From: Octopus vulgaris
Lineage: Eukaryota
Length of the DNA: 64,000 bases
Direction of reading: 5' to 3'
Assembly: GCA_951406725.2 (NCBI GenBank)
Contig: OX597831.1
Span: forward strand, 52,204,001 to 52,268,000
The notes below the pieces were generated by a model. It saw only the letters and a program-made list of their open reading frames with translations, was not told the DNA's origin and ran no database searches. The number at the start of each line of letters is the position of its first letter. The stretch's first letter is position 1. The translations under genes and the position numbers were made by a program. This document shows, piece by piece, positions 1-11,934 of the stretch.

Positions 1-42
1 GTCTGAGTGTGTTTGTATATAAAAATCTGATGTACACAGAAG

Positions 43-43
<1 letters not shown>

Positions 44-124
<81 letters not shown>

Positions 125-180
125 ACAAACACACATACACACACACGCATACATACACGCATACACAGACACATAAACAC
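44..180. repeat. (CA)n microsatellite, degenerate at 3' end
   Basis: Direct inspection. Confidence 0.95.
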
Positions 181-528
181 TCACCCTATAGCTATATAAG
201 CATCACACATGTCAACTTGTCAAGTCTGACTAAATCCAACTACTGATTTATACTAGTTTCCTCTAAATAAAAGAAATGAAGGCAACCATATATATATATA
301 TATATATATATATCATCATCATCATCATCATATATATATACCATTAAAATTCAATGTCTGCTTTTCTGTTTGTGTGTACCATGATTTTAGTGACAAGAGT
401 ACATTGTGGTGATAAAATGTTTTGACAAATGTACTCTTAAACACAAGCTCTATTACCTAAAATAATTTCCAGTACATTTCTAGGTTCTACAACCCTCAAA
501 ACAGAAGAATGTTGTTCTTTAACATAGT

Positions 529-572
<44 letters not shown>

Positions 573-661
573 CATACATACATACATACATACATACATA
601 CATACATAATACATACGTACATACACACACACACACATACACATATATTTATGTATGTATG

Positions 662-990
662 ATCATCATTATTATCATTGCTTAACATCTGTTTCCATGC
701 TGGTATGGACTGGATGGTTTGACAGGAGCCATCACACTAGAGGACTGCACAAAGCTCCAATGTTTGCTTTGGCATGGTTTCTATGGTTGGATGCCCTTCC
801 TAATGCTAACCACTTCACAGAGGGTACTGAGTGCTTTTTATATAGCCTCATTACAAGTGAGGTCACCAAATATTTTGCAAGACAAGACCTCCTTGAATGA
901 GGAAGTGCAGTCTTGAGAGAGATGGCTTTATGCTCGGTAAAGAGGGGTTAGAGTATGTTAGCGGAATGGATACAGGTATCGTGCAGTGGA
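662..990 (-). mobile_element. RTE-LINE 3'-tail-derived repeat ((GAT)n tail family)
   Basis: Reverse of the ...ccatgccagcatggaaa...gttaa..gatgatgat tail that follows the RTE ORF end at 8370-8796. Other copies near 16252, 19860, 23215, 35483, 43922, 44371, 45285, 52505, 53790, 56451 and 63494. Confidence 0.7.
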
Positions 991-1009
991 GGAGTTTCAA
1001 GGCTGCTTT

Positions 1010-1786
1010 TGTTGGAAAACGAGAGAAGATATTGTAGGAAAGTCAGGGCATACCTTCAAGTTACAAAATCAAACATTGCAAAGCGTTTAGAGTGGAGTAA
1101 TAACCTACAGAATTGGTCCCTAGAGCAGTGGAAAAATGTTATTTTCTCAGACGAGTCATCCTTTACCTTATTTCTGACCACTGGCCAAGTATACGTGTGA
1201 AGACAGCCAAAAGAAGCATTTGACCCAGACTACCTTCTTCCAACTGTTAAACATGGCGGAGGATCTGTGATGATCTGGAGAGCTATATCTAAGAAATCTG
1301 CTGGCCCAATGGTTTTCCTTCATGACTGAATTAATAGGCAAGACTATTTAAGCATTTTATCTGATCAAATTCATCCTATGGTTACAGAATTGTTTCCGGA
1401 GGGAAACGCAATCTTTCAGGATGATAATGCACCAATTCACACAGCTAAAGTTGTTATTGAATGGCATGAGGAACATTCTAGTGAAGTTGAACATCTTATC
1501 TGGCCACCACAGTCCCCAGATCTCAATATTATTGAACATTTATGGTGCATTTTAGAAAAACAAGTGATGAGTCGATATCCACCACCATCATCACTACAAG
1601 AACTTGAGACTGTTTTAGCTGAAAAATGGAGATAAATTCCTTTGGAAACAATACAAACTTTGTATGAGTCCATATCTCATAGAATTCAAGCTGTAATTAC
1701 TGCTGCCAAAGGCATTACTATCCCATATTAAAATAAATTTGTTTGAAATTTGAAGGTGTTTCCATTATTTTGTCATCCAACTTCTG
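1010..1786 (+). mobile_element. Tc1-like transposon, 5'-truncated, disrupted transposase
   Basis: WKNVIFSDESSF, FQDDNAPIHTAK and WPPQSPDLNIIEHLW (DD34E motifs) with in-frame stops; TIR-like end followed by a TA repeat. Confidence 0.92.
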
Positions 1787-1959
1787 TGTATATATATATA
1801 TATAGTATGTATAATATATGTAGTGTATATGTTATGTCTTGAGGAAGAAACTTGGTGGGGAAGGGGCCAGTTTTGCATATACATATATATTGTGCTTTCA
1901 TGATCTCAGTTTTGCTGATATCAGTAGGTTTTCTTGAGAGCTGCTGGTTGCTAGTCATC

Positions 1960-2037
1960 TCAGTTCTTTATCATCTACTCCATGAGGTTCAAGATCCTGA
2001 GATCAGCTTTCACCACTTCATCCCATATCGTCCTGAG

Positions 2038-2068
<31 letters not shown>

Positions 2069-2960
2069 TGCAAACTGCATTCACATTAAGGGATTGGCAC
2101 TTCATTATACAGCCATCCTCATCCATATGCATCACAAGTCCATACCAGTGCAGTCTTTTTTCTTGCACACTATGTCTGATTTCTCTTTAAACTTTGGTAC
2201 ACAAGTAGGTTAAGTGACAAAGGTAACTAATGTTAAATTCATCACTGAAATCATTGCTCACATTCTCTTTGCTTTGTACATAGCTTCATAGATCCTTCAT
2301 AACCTAGTCAACTATTCCTAATTTCTTTGGTAACCATCAAATTACTAAGCATGGTACACTGTTAAATGCCTTCTCTTGAAATTTTTCTCCTGCAGTTGCA
2401 TCACATGGAAGACTGAATCTGTTCTATCTCTTCCAGACATGGAGCCAAACTACTTTTCATCTAGGTATACTCTGTCATAGATCAATTATGATATAACTCT
2501 CTCCACAAACTTCATAACCTGATCCAATAGTTTAATTCCTTTATAGTTTTCTCACTCTAAGGTATCTCCTTTGCCTTTGTTTCAGTTGATGATGTTATGG
2601 CTATGCCAGTCATTGAGTATGGTACCTTCCTGGAAAACTTGATTAACTGTCCAGGTGGTAGTCATGCATCTTACCTCACAAAACATTTTAAGCATCTTTG
2701 CAACTATTCCTGATGGATCTACAGCTTTCCCTCTCTTCATGTCCTTAATCAGTTCATCCACTGTGTTACTGTTGACTTGAATCTCTGGTCCCTCTGTAGG
2801 GTCAGTATTAGGTAGCTCCTTTAGAGCTCATGCATTCCCCGCTTCAGTAGCCAGTTATGATAGCACTTTTACTCCACTTACTGATCTGCTATATTGATGG
2901 CTTGTATGCCTTCCTTATTCTGAATACACTTCTCACCAATGACATCTCAGTTCTCTCACA
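1960..2960 (-). mobile_element. RTE-clade LINE remnants (RT domain and C-terminus)
   Basis: Minus strand gives FGSMSGRDRTDSVFHVMQLQEK..KAFNSVP (~2340-2470) and VQEKRLHWYGLVMHMDEDGC (~2110-2185); degraded. Confidence 0.75.
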
Positions 2961-3012
2961 CATGATCACCACCACCACCACCACCACCACCATGTGCATG
3001 TGTTTATAAGTA

Positions 3013-3432
3013 CGAGGGGGTGCTGAAAAGTTCCTGGCTTTAAGGATATTCTTTTCTACTCTAGGCACAAGGCCTGAAATTTTGGGGGAGGGGGCCAGTC
3101 GATTAGATCGATCCCTGTACGCAACTGGTACTTAATTTATCGAACCTGAATGGATGAAAGACAAAGTTGACCTCTGCAGGATTTGAACTCAATGTAAAAA
3201 CAAACAAAATACTGCTAAGCATTTCACCCAGTGTGCTAACGTTTCTGCCAGCTCATCGCTTTCCTGGCTTTAAGGATATTGAGAAAGGCCTCGTTGGAAG
3301 CCCAAGTTCCGAGTTCTTTTACAGGGCTTAGAAAAACTGAAGGACCACTGCAATAAGTGTGTGAATCTGAGAGGAGAATATGTTGACTAAATTTCTTTTA
3401 TCCTAAGCCAGGAATTTTTCAGCGTCCCCTCT
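3013..3432 (+). mobile_element. Internally deleted mariner (MITE) with a SINE inserted
   Basis: TIRs cgagggggtgctgaaaagttcctggctt / aagccaggaatttttcagcgtcccctct with TA flanks; retains transposase C-terminus [21 protein letters not shown]. Confidence 0.85.
3051..3260 (-). mobile_element. tRNA-derived SINE family A (Meta-domain-like core)
   Basis: tRNA-like head (gagctggcagaa..gttcaaat) and core gtcgactttgcctttcatcctttcggggtcgataaattaagtaccag; exact 20-bp TSD ttcctggctttaaggatatt at 3031-3050 and 3261-3280. Confidence 0.9.
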
Positions 3433-3433
3433 T

Positions 3434-3830
<397 letters not shown>

Positions 3831-3994
3831 CTGTTAGTATATGAGAATGAGTATGTATGTTCAAAAGTATAAAGAAGAAAAGAAAAATAACTGAATGAAT
3901 AAAAAGATAATAACAAACAAAATAAAATGTAATAAAATAAAATGAAATGGTCTTCCTTTCTTCTTGTAAAGACAGATATTGACATGACTAATGG

Positions 3995-4039
3995 AGTCAT
4001 GTGACAGCTGAGTCATGTGACCTTAATAGTCACATGACT
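3995..4039. promoter_or_regulatory. Cluster of three AGTCATGTGAC (M-box/CLEAR-like E-box) motifs, candidate enhancer
   Basis: Exact 11-mers at 3995-4005, 4011-4021 and inverted at 4029-4039; overlapping TGAGTCA at 4009-4015. Confidence 0.35.
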
Positions 4040-4475
4040 GATTGTTAACATAATAATAATAAAAAAAGTAAGCAGAAAAGTAAAGTACATATGTCTAATG
4101 GAACCAAATAATCTTTGGCTCTGTGTGGAGGAGTGGGGTGAAGAAGGGGGTGTGGAGTGGAAAAAAAGGGGGAGTGGATGGACAGAAAGATTGGTTGATG
4201 GTCAATTAATATACACAGTTGGTGACAGAAGTAGACAATTTTATGAGGTGGACAGAGAGAATGAGATTGGTGATGGCCTGTTAATGTTGTGGTTGATGTT
4301 GTTGTTGTTGTTGTGGTGTAGTGCCAGGTCAGCCCTGATTCTTTTATTGTTTGTTCTTTTCTTTTTTACATTTGTTTCAGTCATTAGACTGCGGGGGCGG
4401 GGGGGTGGGGCATGCTGGGACATCACCTTGAAGGGTTTTTAGTTGAACAAATTGATCCCAGTACTTATATCTCTT

Positions 4476-4868
4476 TACTCTCTTTTACTTGTTTCAGTCA
4501 TTTGACTGTGGCCATGCTGGAGCACCACCTTTAGTCGAGCAAATCGATTCCAGGACTTATTCTTTGTAAGCCTAGTACTTATTCTGTCGGTCTCTTTTGC
4601 CGAACCGCTAAGTTAAGGGGACGTAAACACACCAGCATTGGTTGTCAAGCGATGTTGGGGGGACAAACACAGACACACAAACACATACATATATATACAT
4701 ATATACGACGGGCTTCTTTCAGTTTCTGTCTACCAAATCCACTCACAAGGCTTTGGTCGGCCCAAGGCTATAGGAGAAGACACTTACCCAAGGTGCCACG
4801 CAGTGGGTCTGAACCTGGAACCATGTGGTTGGTAAGCAAGCTACTTACCACACAGCCACTCCCACGCC
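4476..4868 (-). mobile_element. tRNA-derived SINE family B (CORE-like, internal microsatellite)
   Basis: Head ggcgyaggagtggctgtgtggtaag..ggttcagtccc, CORE-like gcaccttgggcaagt, tail gtgctccagcatggccacagtcaaatgactgaaacaagtaaaagag; many copies in window. Confidence 0.9.
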
Positions 4869-5102
4869 TGTCTTATTATTTAATTTTTTTTTTCAGGACT
4901 GGTACTTACTCTATCAGTCTCTTTTGCTGAACTACTAAGCAACAAGGACATAAACAAACCAACATTAGTTGTTAAGCAGTGGAGGGTAGGAACAACCACA
5001 AATGCACAGAAACACATACATACATACACCTGAATATTTATATATATTCTTTTCAACCCTAATGTTGTGACCATGTTGGGGCACTGCCAGTGAAATATGT
5101 GC

Positions 5103-5270
5103 CTCCCTTGTGGGGAATCAAAGCTTGGTCTCCTGCGTGTCTGTCCCCCATCATTGCACTCCAGCATGACTCTGGTCTTCCACATAAACTTGGTTTCCCA
5201 TATGAACCTGGTCTCCTGCATGATCCTGGTCTCCTGTGTGACAGGCGGGGGTACTTACCACTATACTACC
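5103..5270 (-). pseudogene. tRNA-Asp(GTC) pseudogene split by an 18-bp tandem repeat
   Basis: Minus strand tagtatagtggtaagtacccccgcctGTCacacaggagacc (5' half with anticodon) ... cacgcaggagaccaagctttgattccccacaagggag (3' half); matches eukaryotic tRNA-Asp. Confidence 0.75.
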
Positions 5271-5280
5271 ACTATATTTT

Positions 5281-5575
5281 TTTTACTTGTTTCAGTCATC
5301 AGACTGTGGCCATGCTGGGGCACCACCTTGAAGAATGTTAGTCAAATGAATTGACCCCAATACATTTTAAAACATTTTTTTAAGCCCTGTACATATTCTA
5401 TCAATCACTTTAGCTGAACTGCTAAGTTACAGGGTTGTAAACACAGCAACACTGGTTGTCAAGCAATGATGGGGACAGGCACAAATGCACAGACACACAC
5501 TGCTGTGCAGTGGGACTGAACACAAGACCACATGGTTGAGACCACAAGCTTCTTAACCTCAGAGTCTCAAGCCTG
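5281..5575 (-). mobile_element. SINE family B, diverged, internally deleted
   Basis: Family B tail and head motifs. Confidence 0.75.
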
Positions 5576-5658
5576 CAACAATATACCAGGAAATCATTTA
5601 TTGCTATTCCTTTTTAATTAATTTGGATTTATTGTCCTTAGTGTTTAGTGCCACCTTA

Positions 5659-7189
5659 TGAGGGTGGGCAGAAAAGCTCTTAGGCTGACTATGAAGGAGT
5701 GATGCCAGAGCTGTGAAATCTTGCCTGCTTTAATTTCAAGTCTTCTTAATAATAACTTCAGAATGCCTTATTTCTTTATTGCCCACAAGGGGCTAATCAT
5801 AGATGCGACAAACAAGGACAGACAAAGGGATTAAGTCGATTACATCGACCTCAGTGCGTAACTGGTACTTAATTTATCAACCCCGAAAGGATGAAAGGCA
5901 AAGTCGACCTTGGCGGAATTTGAACTCAGAACGTAAAGACAACAGAAATACTATTAAGTATTTCGCCCGGCATTGCTAATGTTTCTGCCAGCTCGCTGCC
6001 TTAAACTTCATAGTTTCTTTTGAGGTAAACTGACATATGACTGTTCAAAGATGACTTTAAAAGTGTGACTTTTCTTGAAGATGGACAAAATTTGGTATTG
6101 CGTTGCTATCAAGTATCTGCAGAAAATGGCTTGGTCCCCAAGGACATTCATGCTAACATGGTTACTATATAAGGTGATGATACTCCAGCTTTGTCAACTG
6201 TGTAAAGTGGGCAGCTAAATTTAGGAGGGAAGGGGAGGGTCTTGAAAGTGACCCAAGGTCTGGATGTACTGCAACAACCACTACCCAGGAAAACATTGAT
6301 CATGTTTACCACATGGTGATGGATGACGGGCGACTAGCTATAAATCAAATAGCCAATGCTATTAGCATAACCCACGTGAGAGTTGAGAATATTCTGCATA
6401 ATGAACTTGGTCATGAAGAAGGTTTCTGTTTTGTGAGTGCCACGTCTTCTGACACTTGATTAAAAGCATACCAGGCTGATCATATCACACAAAACTCTAA
6501 CATTGTTTGAGGCAGATCCAGATGGTTTCCTTGTGCATTTCCCAACACAGGACACGTTGGATTCATCACCTTGAGCCAGAAACAAATTGACAACCCATGC
6601 AGTGGAAACAGGCCTCCTCACCTGCTTCAAAGAAAGCCAAGTCCGTTCATCTGCAGAGAAGGTTATGGCTTCAGCTTTTGGGATGCAGAAGGCATTGTGT
6701 TTATTGACTATCTTTAAAAAGGCCACATCATCAGTGGAAGGTACTATGCCAACTTACTGAGATGGTTACGAAAGGCTATCAAGACTAAATATCCAGGGAA
6801 ACTGACAAAAAGGGACTTGTTTGATTAGGACAATGCTCCAGTGCACAAGTCCTTGGTTTCAATGGTTGCTGCGTATGACTGGTTTTGAACTGGTTGATCA
6901 GCCTCCCTATTCTCCAGATTTGGCCCCATCTGCCCATCATATGTTCTCCAACATGAAAAACACACTTGGCTGAGAATCAGCATCATAGCAATGATGATAT
7001 CATATCTACTGTTGATGACTTTCTTGACTAACAGGATGAAAGCTTCTACCCCAATGGAATCCAAGCACTGCAACACTGATGGAAAAAGTGTGTGGACTGC
7101 AAGGCGGACTATGATGAAAAATAAACCTCATTTGGTCATATTCTATGAAAATATCTTGGTCAGCCTATGAATTTTTCAACCAATCTTCA
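5659..7189 (+). mobile_element. Full-length dead mariner transposon (transposase pseudogene ~6081-7124)
   Basis: TIRs tgagggtgggcagaaaagctcttaggctgac / gtcagcctatgaatttttcaaccaatcttca; MDKIWY.., DNAPVHKS, PPYSPDLAPS, WKKCVDCKADYDEK*; frameshifts and stops; SINE A inserted at ~5768-6003. Confidence 0.92.
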
Positions 7190-7391
7190 TGGCCTTGATC
7201 CAGCTGAGCTGTGATCTGATCAAAAGCATTTAAGCTTGTTTTCATGCAGTGTCTATCCAAAACTACATTATCTACTGTGATGTTCCCATTTTTTTTTTAG
7301 GTGATAGGTTGTGACCTGAAGGCTGTTTTTTGTTTAGCCGTTATTTCCTAGCAGATCAAGTGAATTTTGTCTGTTTTGGTGTGATGCTAGA

Positions 7392-7523
7392 ATCATCATC
7401 ATCATCATCATCTCCACCACCACCACCACCACCACCACCACCACCAAAACCACCACCACCACCACCACCACCACCACCACCACCACCACCACCACCACCA
7501 CCACCACCACCACCACCACCAGC
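7392..7523. repeat. (CAT)n-(CCA)n trinucleotide repeat
   Basis: Direct inspection. Confidence 0.95.
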
Positions 7524-7729
7524 AGTTTAATATCTATTTTTTTCAAAAAATGCTTATAATTATTATTTACATAAATATTATTATTTTTTCTCATATGTAT
7601 GCCATACTATTTTATACTTGGTTTTAACTGAAAGAAAAACTAGGGTGTGATTTATACACAAGGCAAAGTTAAAACTATGAAGGGAAAAAATTGTACCAGG
7701 AGGTGTGATTATACACAAGTAAATATGGT

Positions 7730-8076
7730 ACTCTTTTACTTGTTTCAGTTATGTGACTGTGGCCATGCTGGAGCACCACCTTTAGTTGAGCAAATCGACC
7801 CCAGGACTTACTCTTTGTAAGCCTAGTACTTATTCTATCGGTTGTCAAGCGATGTTGGGGGGGGGGGGGACAAATACACACACACAAACATATATACACA
7901 CATATATATATACAACAGGCTTCTTTCAGTTTCTGCCTACCAAATCCACTCACAAGGCTTTGGTCGGTCCGAGGCTATAGCAGAAGACATTTGCCCAAGA
8001 TGCCATGCAGTGGGACTGAACCCGGAACCATGTGGTTGGTAAGCAAGCTACTTACCACACAGCCACTCCTGCGCCT
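7730..8076 (-). mobile_element. SINE family B
   Basis: Head to tail match to other copies. Confidence 0.9.
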
Positions 8077-8233
8077 ACACTTAATTATATTTATACTCAT
8101 TTGTCTATTGTCTTGTGTCTTTTGATAGTTTCAGTGTGAGGGCTGTGGCCATGCTGGGACATTGCCATATGCATTTATATTTCTGTTTCATTTTATTTTA
8201 TCATAATGGATCAATATTTTGTTGTGTTTCTAG

Positions 8234-8322
8234 GAAATGTGAAAAATCTACTACTGATGGTTATCTCTCAGCAGGTGAACTGAAATACTTTCAAGGATCA
8301 GTTCGGACTCCCACACCATTTA
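8234..8322 (+). CDS. LRRC63: LRRC63-like gene, internal exon A (89 bp)
   Basis: tgtttctag acceptor and gtgagt donor; open frame KCEKSTTDGYLSAGELKYFQGSVRTPTPF; ends phase 1, matching the start of the next exon. No recognisable motif, so it is the least certain exon. Confidence 0.6.
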
Positions 8323-8369
8323 GTGAGTAGCAATGCTGTTCAAGTTTTTAAATGCTGAGTTCTAATTTT

Positions 8370-8796
8370 GGAGGGTACCTGTAGAAGGGATTGACCTAAG
8401 AAAGCATGAAACAAAGTGGTGAGAAAGGATCTTTGGATGCTGGGCCTCACTGAGAAAATGACAAGGGACTGGGAATTGTGGCAATTTGCTGTACTTGATA
8501 AGACATGTCAAAGCTAAGTAAAAATCACTGTCTTCCACACATACAGACTTGTCCTTTCAAGTGCTGGTGCCACTTAAAAAGCACTCATGCTAGTGCTGTG
8601 TAAACATACCCATGCTGGTGTCATGTAAAAAAAACATCCAGCACACTCTGTTAAGTAGTTGGCAGTAGGAAGGGCATCCAACCGTAGAAACCATGCCACA
8701 ACAGATAGTAGGAGTCTTCTCTATGTCAAACTGTCCAACCCATGCCAGCATGGAAAGTGGATGTTAACACTGATGATGATGATGATGATGATGATG
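8370..8796 (+). mobile_element. RTE-clade LINE 3' end plus 3' UTR with (GAT)n tail
   Basis: EGTCRRG..VVRKDLWMLGLTEKMTRDWELWQFAVLDKT C-terminal motif, then UTR ending gatgatgat. Confidence 0.75.
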
Positions 8797-9162
8797 AAAA
8801 GGCTTCAAATATTTTACTTATTGGTTCTCTAATAGTAATAAGGGTAGCTAAAACATGTAGGGATTTTTAACTACTCTGTTAGGATGAGAGAAGGCAAATG
8901 TAGGGTTTTAGAAATGTTAACTACTCAACAGGAATGAAGGAAGGTAAACATGTATGGACACTCATGTTAAATTTATTTTAAGAATGTTAGTGTTATGCAT
9001 TAGATGGCAATTTGGCAGAATTGTTAAATTGTCAGAATGTTCTAGCTCACTCTTCTCTGAGTTCAAATCCTGCTGTAATCAACTTTGTTTTGCATGCAGT
9101 TGCGGGGGTGGGTGGGGTGTCAATAAATAAAGTACCAATGAAGTACTAAAGTCGATTCTTCT

Positions 9163-9373
9163 TACTCTCTTTTACTCTTTTACTTGTTTCAGTCCTTTGA
9201 CTGTGGCCATGCTGGAGTACCACCTTTAGTTGAAAAAATCGATCCCAGGACTTATTCTTTGTAAGCCTAGTACTTATTCTATTGGTGTCTTTTGCTGAAC
9301 CGCTAAGTTACGGGTACGTAAACACACCAGCATCGGTTGTCAAGCGATGCTAGGCGACAAACACAGACACACA

Positions 9374-9417
<44 letters not shown>

Positions 9418-9583
9418 TACGATGGGCTTCTTTCAGTTTCCATCTGCCAAATCTACTCACAAGGCTTTGGTTGACTCGAAGCTATAGTAGAAGACACTTG
9501 CCCAAGGTGCCACGCAGTGGAACTGAACCCAGAACCATGTGGTTGGTAAGCAAACTACTTACCACACAGCCACTCCTGCACCT
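9163..9583 (-). mobile_element. SINE family B, full length
   Basis: Head, CORE-like region, (TA)n and tail all present. Confidence 0.9.
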
Positions 9584-9664
9584 CTCCCATTTTTCTTCTT
9601 TATTTTTTTTTTGCTTTTGAAAATAGTTACATTGCTTTGTAAGAAGAGTAATAATAGAAGACAT

Positions 9665-10022
9665 CTTTATCTTTATCTAGTTTCAGCTCACAAGCTGTGG
9701 CCATGCTGGAGCACCACCATTTGGTGTTGCTACATGATTTTACTTCACGAGTGCTTTTTAGCAATTGCCATTTGGTGCATGAGAGAGTTCGATGCAGCTG
9801 CCCTCATCTGCACCTCCTGCCGTGAAGTTGGTTCATCTGGGACGCCTGACAAGAAGAGATCCAGTTTTATTTTAAAGACATCTGCATCCACCCCATGCAG
9901 GTCTCTCAGGTTCTTTGGGAGGATACTGAAGAGCTGTGGGCCTCTGAAGCCCAGACTATCACAGTATCTTGTCCTACATCTTGATGGCAAATTTGGAGTC
10001 CTTGGCACTATGCAGTGGCACC
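9665..10022 (-). mobile_element. CR1/L2-group LINE 3' end
   Basis: YCDSLGFRGPQLFSILPKNLRDLHGVDADVFKIKLDLFLSGVPDEP is an ORF2 C-terminus; 3' UTR ends ggtgctccagcatggccacagc..tgaaactagataaagataaag. Confidence 0.8.
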
Positions 10023-10289
10023 CATAGGATAAATATAAATATTGCTTTCTCCAGAAATGAAAAAAGAGTTGAGTGTAAAGCTAGAAACAACTCATAGAAA
10101 AAAACAGATATGCAACTAGAACTATTCGTGCATTTCAGCATGGAATGGCAATACAGAAAAATGTGATGTATTATGTAATAATACAAGACTTCTATTTTCT
10201 CACAATATTTGACTGAAGGTGAAAATCAAGATGGTGAACTGGTGAAGTGGGTGGGGAACACTAGAAAGTTAAGTAAATTTGGTCTAGAG

Positions 10290-10639
10290 CAGAAGTTGGT
10301 AAAGTGGTCAGTATTGACCTCGGGGTGCATGTGGCATCTATGAGATCATCCAAGGAGTCGATAAACTTTAAATTTCCTGACTATATCAATATAACATAAC
10401 TGAATTTTTATTGCTCTTTATCAATTTTTTTCAAATATTTCCATTAAATTTCTTTAAATATTTCATATTAAAAACTGGTAATGACACAAAAGAACAAAGG
10501 AATTATCATTTTAAAATCAAGAAATTTTTTTATTAATTAGTCTTTTGAATTTTATTTTAAACATTTATATAATGGGGTTCAATAAGTTAACGTTGATTCT
10601 ATGAAGGGGTTAGTGATATGATAAGTTTATCGACTCCTA
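10290..10639. mobile_element. hAT (Charlie-like) MITE
   Basis: Imperfect TIRs cagaagttggtaaa / tttatcgactccta; 8-bp TSD gtctagag / ctctagag (NTCTAGAN). Confidence 0.7.
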
Positions 10640-10833
10640 CTCTAGAGTAAGGTACTCTAGCCTGGTCACAGTCAAATGACTGAAACCAGCAAAAGAATAA
10701 AAGAAGCGTATTTGTGAAAGAGTGTAATGTCACAAATTTTTGAGGACAGACTGTAAGTGACTTGCTTGGGGCTCTCCTTCCCCACTAAGTGATTATCAAC
10801 CCTAGGAAGAATGGAAGGTAAAATTGTAATTAA

Positions 10834-11057
10834 CCCTTTTGTTACCATATTTCTGTTGAGATGCTTTGTGTTTCTTTCAATTAATTTTTAAAATAACAAA
10901 GAATTTAGTAAAATAACTTAGTTATCATTAAGCTAGTGCTAGGGACATAAATAGTAACTAAGGTTTGGTGGAAGATTTTAATTCAGAGAGCTTTTGAAAA
11001 CAAGACATTTGTACTACAGAGCCAGAGGTGGTTTCAGCCAGGTTGGTATCGAAAGGG
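10834..11057. mobile_element. piggyBac-like MITE
   Basis: TTAA on both sides; TIR cccttttgttacca / tggtatcgaaaggg; second copy at ~33016-33240. Confidence 0.88.
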
Positions 11058-11550
11058 TTAAATGCTGCAAATTATTTGTCTGGTGCCCTACCAGTTCTCT
11101 TATCCTCATCTCATCTCTGCTCATCACCTACATTGTGTCTTTGCCCTCTCTAGGCCCCCATATTCACCACTGCCCTCATTTTTCACCAAAATGTTTTCTC
11201 TCTGGTAATTTTATCTCTGTTCATGTTTTCCTTGCAGCCATCAACTTATTTTTTTCATTGCTATTTCCTGGGTCTGGAGGAAGAGACAATGCCCATGACC
11301 TTTGCAAATTCTCTGAGACCAGAGACATTGATGCCTTTGCTGTTCCACCTAAACTGTTGTAAGCTGACACCTGCAGGAAATATAAGCAGGGAGGGGATTC
11401 CAGAGGATCAATATTCTGGGAGGAAGGCCTGGGTATAGTTATTTATGAGGGGCCTGAGGAGTAGTTGGATGATGAGAGAAAATGATGTGTTGGTTAGAAA
11501 TGGCAGTAGCAAAAGACCAGCTTGGATGGTTATTATCATTATTATTAAGA

Positions 11551-11765
11551 AGGTAGTGAGCTGGCTGAATCATTAGCACACTGGACGAAATGCTTAGCAG
11601 TATTTCTTTGCTGTTATGTTCTGAGTTCAAATTTCACCGAGGTCAACTTTGCCTCTCATCCTTTCAGGGTCGATAAATTAAGTGTCAGTTGAGTACCAGG
11701 GTGGATATAATCGACTTCCCCACCTCCCCCAAATTTTCAGGCCTTGTGCCTACAGCAGAAAAAAT
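11551..11765 (+). mobile_element. SINE family A
   Basis: Head, Meta-like core, aggccttgtgcc tail. Confidence 0.85.
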
Positions 11766-11830
11766 TATTTGTTGTTGTAGTAGAAGTAACTATATTGTTG
11801 GATATTTCTTTCTGTTTTGCTTTTTGGTAG

Positions 11831-11916
11831 CTGGGCCTTGTGAAAATATGGTGTTTCCAGAAGATCTATCTCTGTTAGACTGCATGCTGTGTGGAGGGAA
11901 ATTCCTCAATCTAAAG
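11831..11916 (+). CDS. LRRC63: LRRC63-like gene, exon B (86 bp), GC donor
   Basis: ttttgctttttggtag acceptor; (T)GPCENMVFPEDLSLLDCMLCGGKFLNLK; donor AAG/gcaaga; phase 0 join to exon C. Confidence 0.78.
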
Positions 11917-11934
11917 GCAAGATTCATTTAATTC

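Noticed and set aside
5165-5236. Short regularly spaced repeats as a CRISPR array
   Set aside because: Contiguous 18-bp units without spacers, tRNA-derived, in eukaryotic context.
11238-11358. Exon-like segment (ttttccttgcag ... gtaagc), open in phase 1
   Set aside because: Its 121-bp length would frameshift exons A-B, and it has no protein similarity I recognise; at most an unsupported poison exon.
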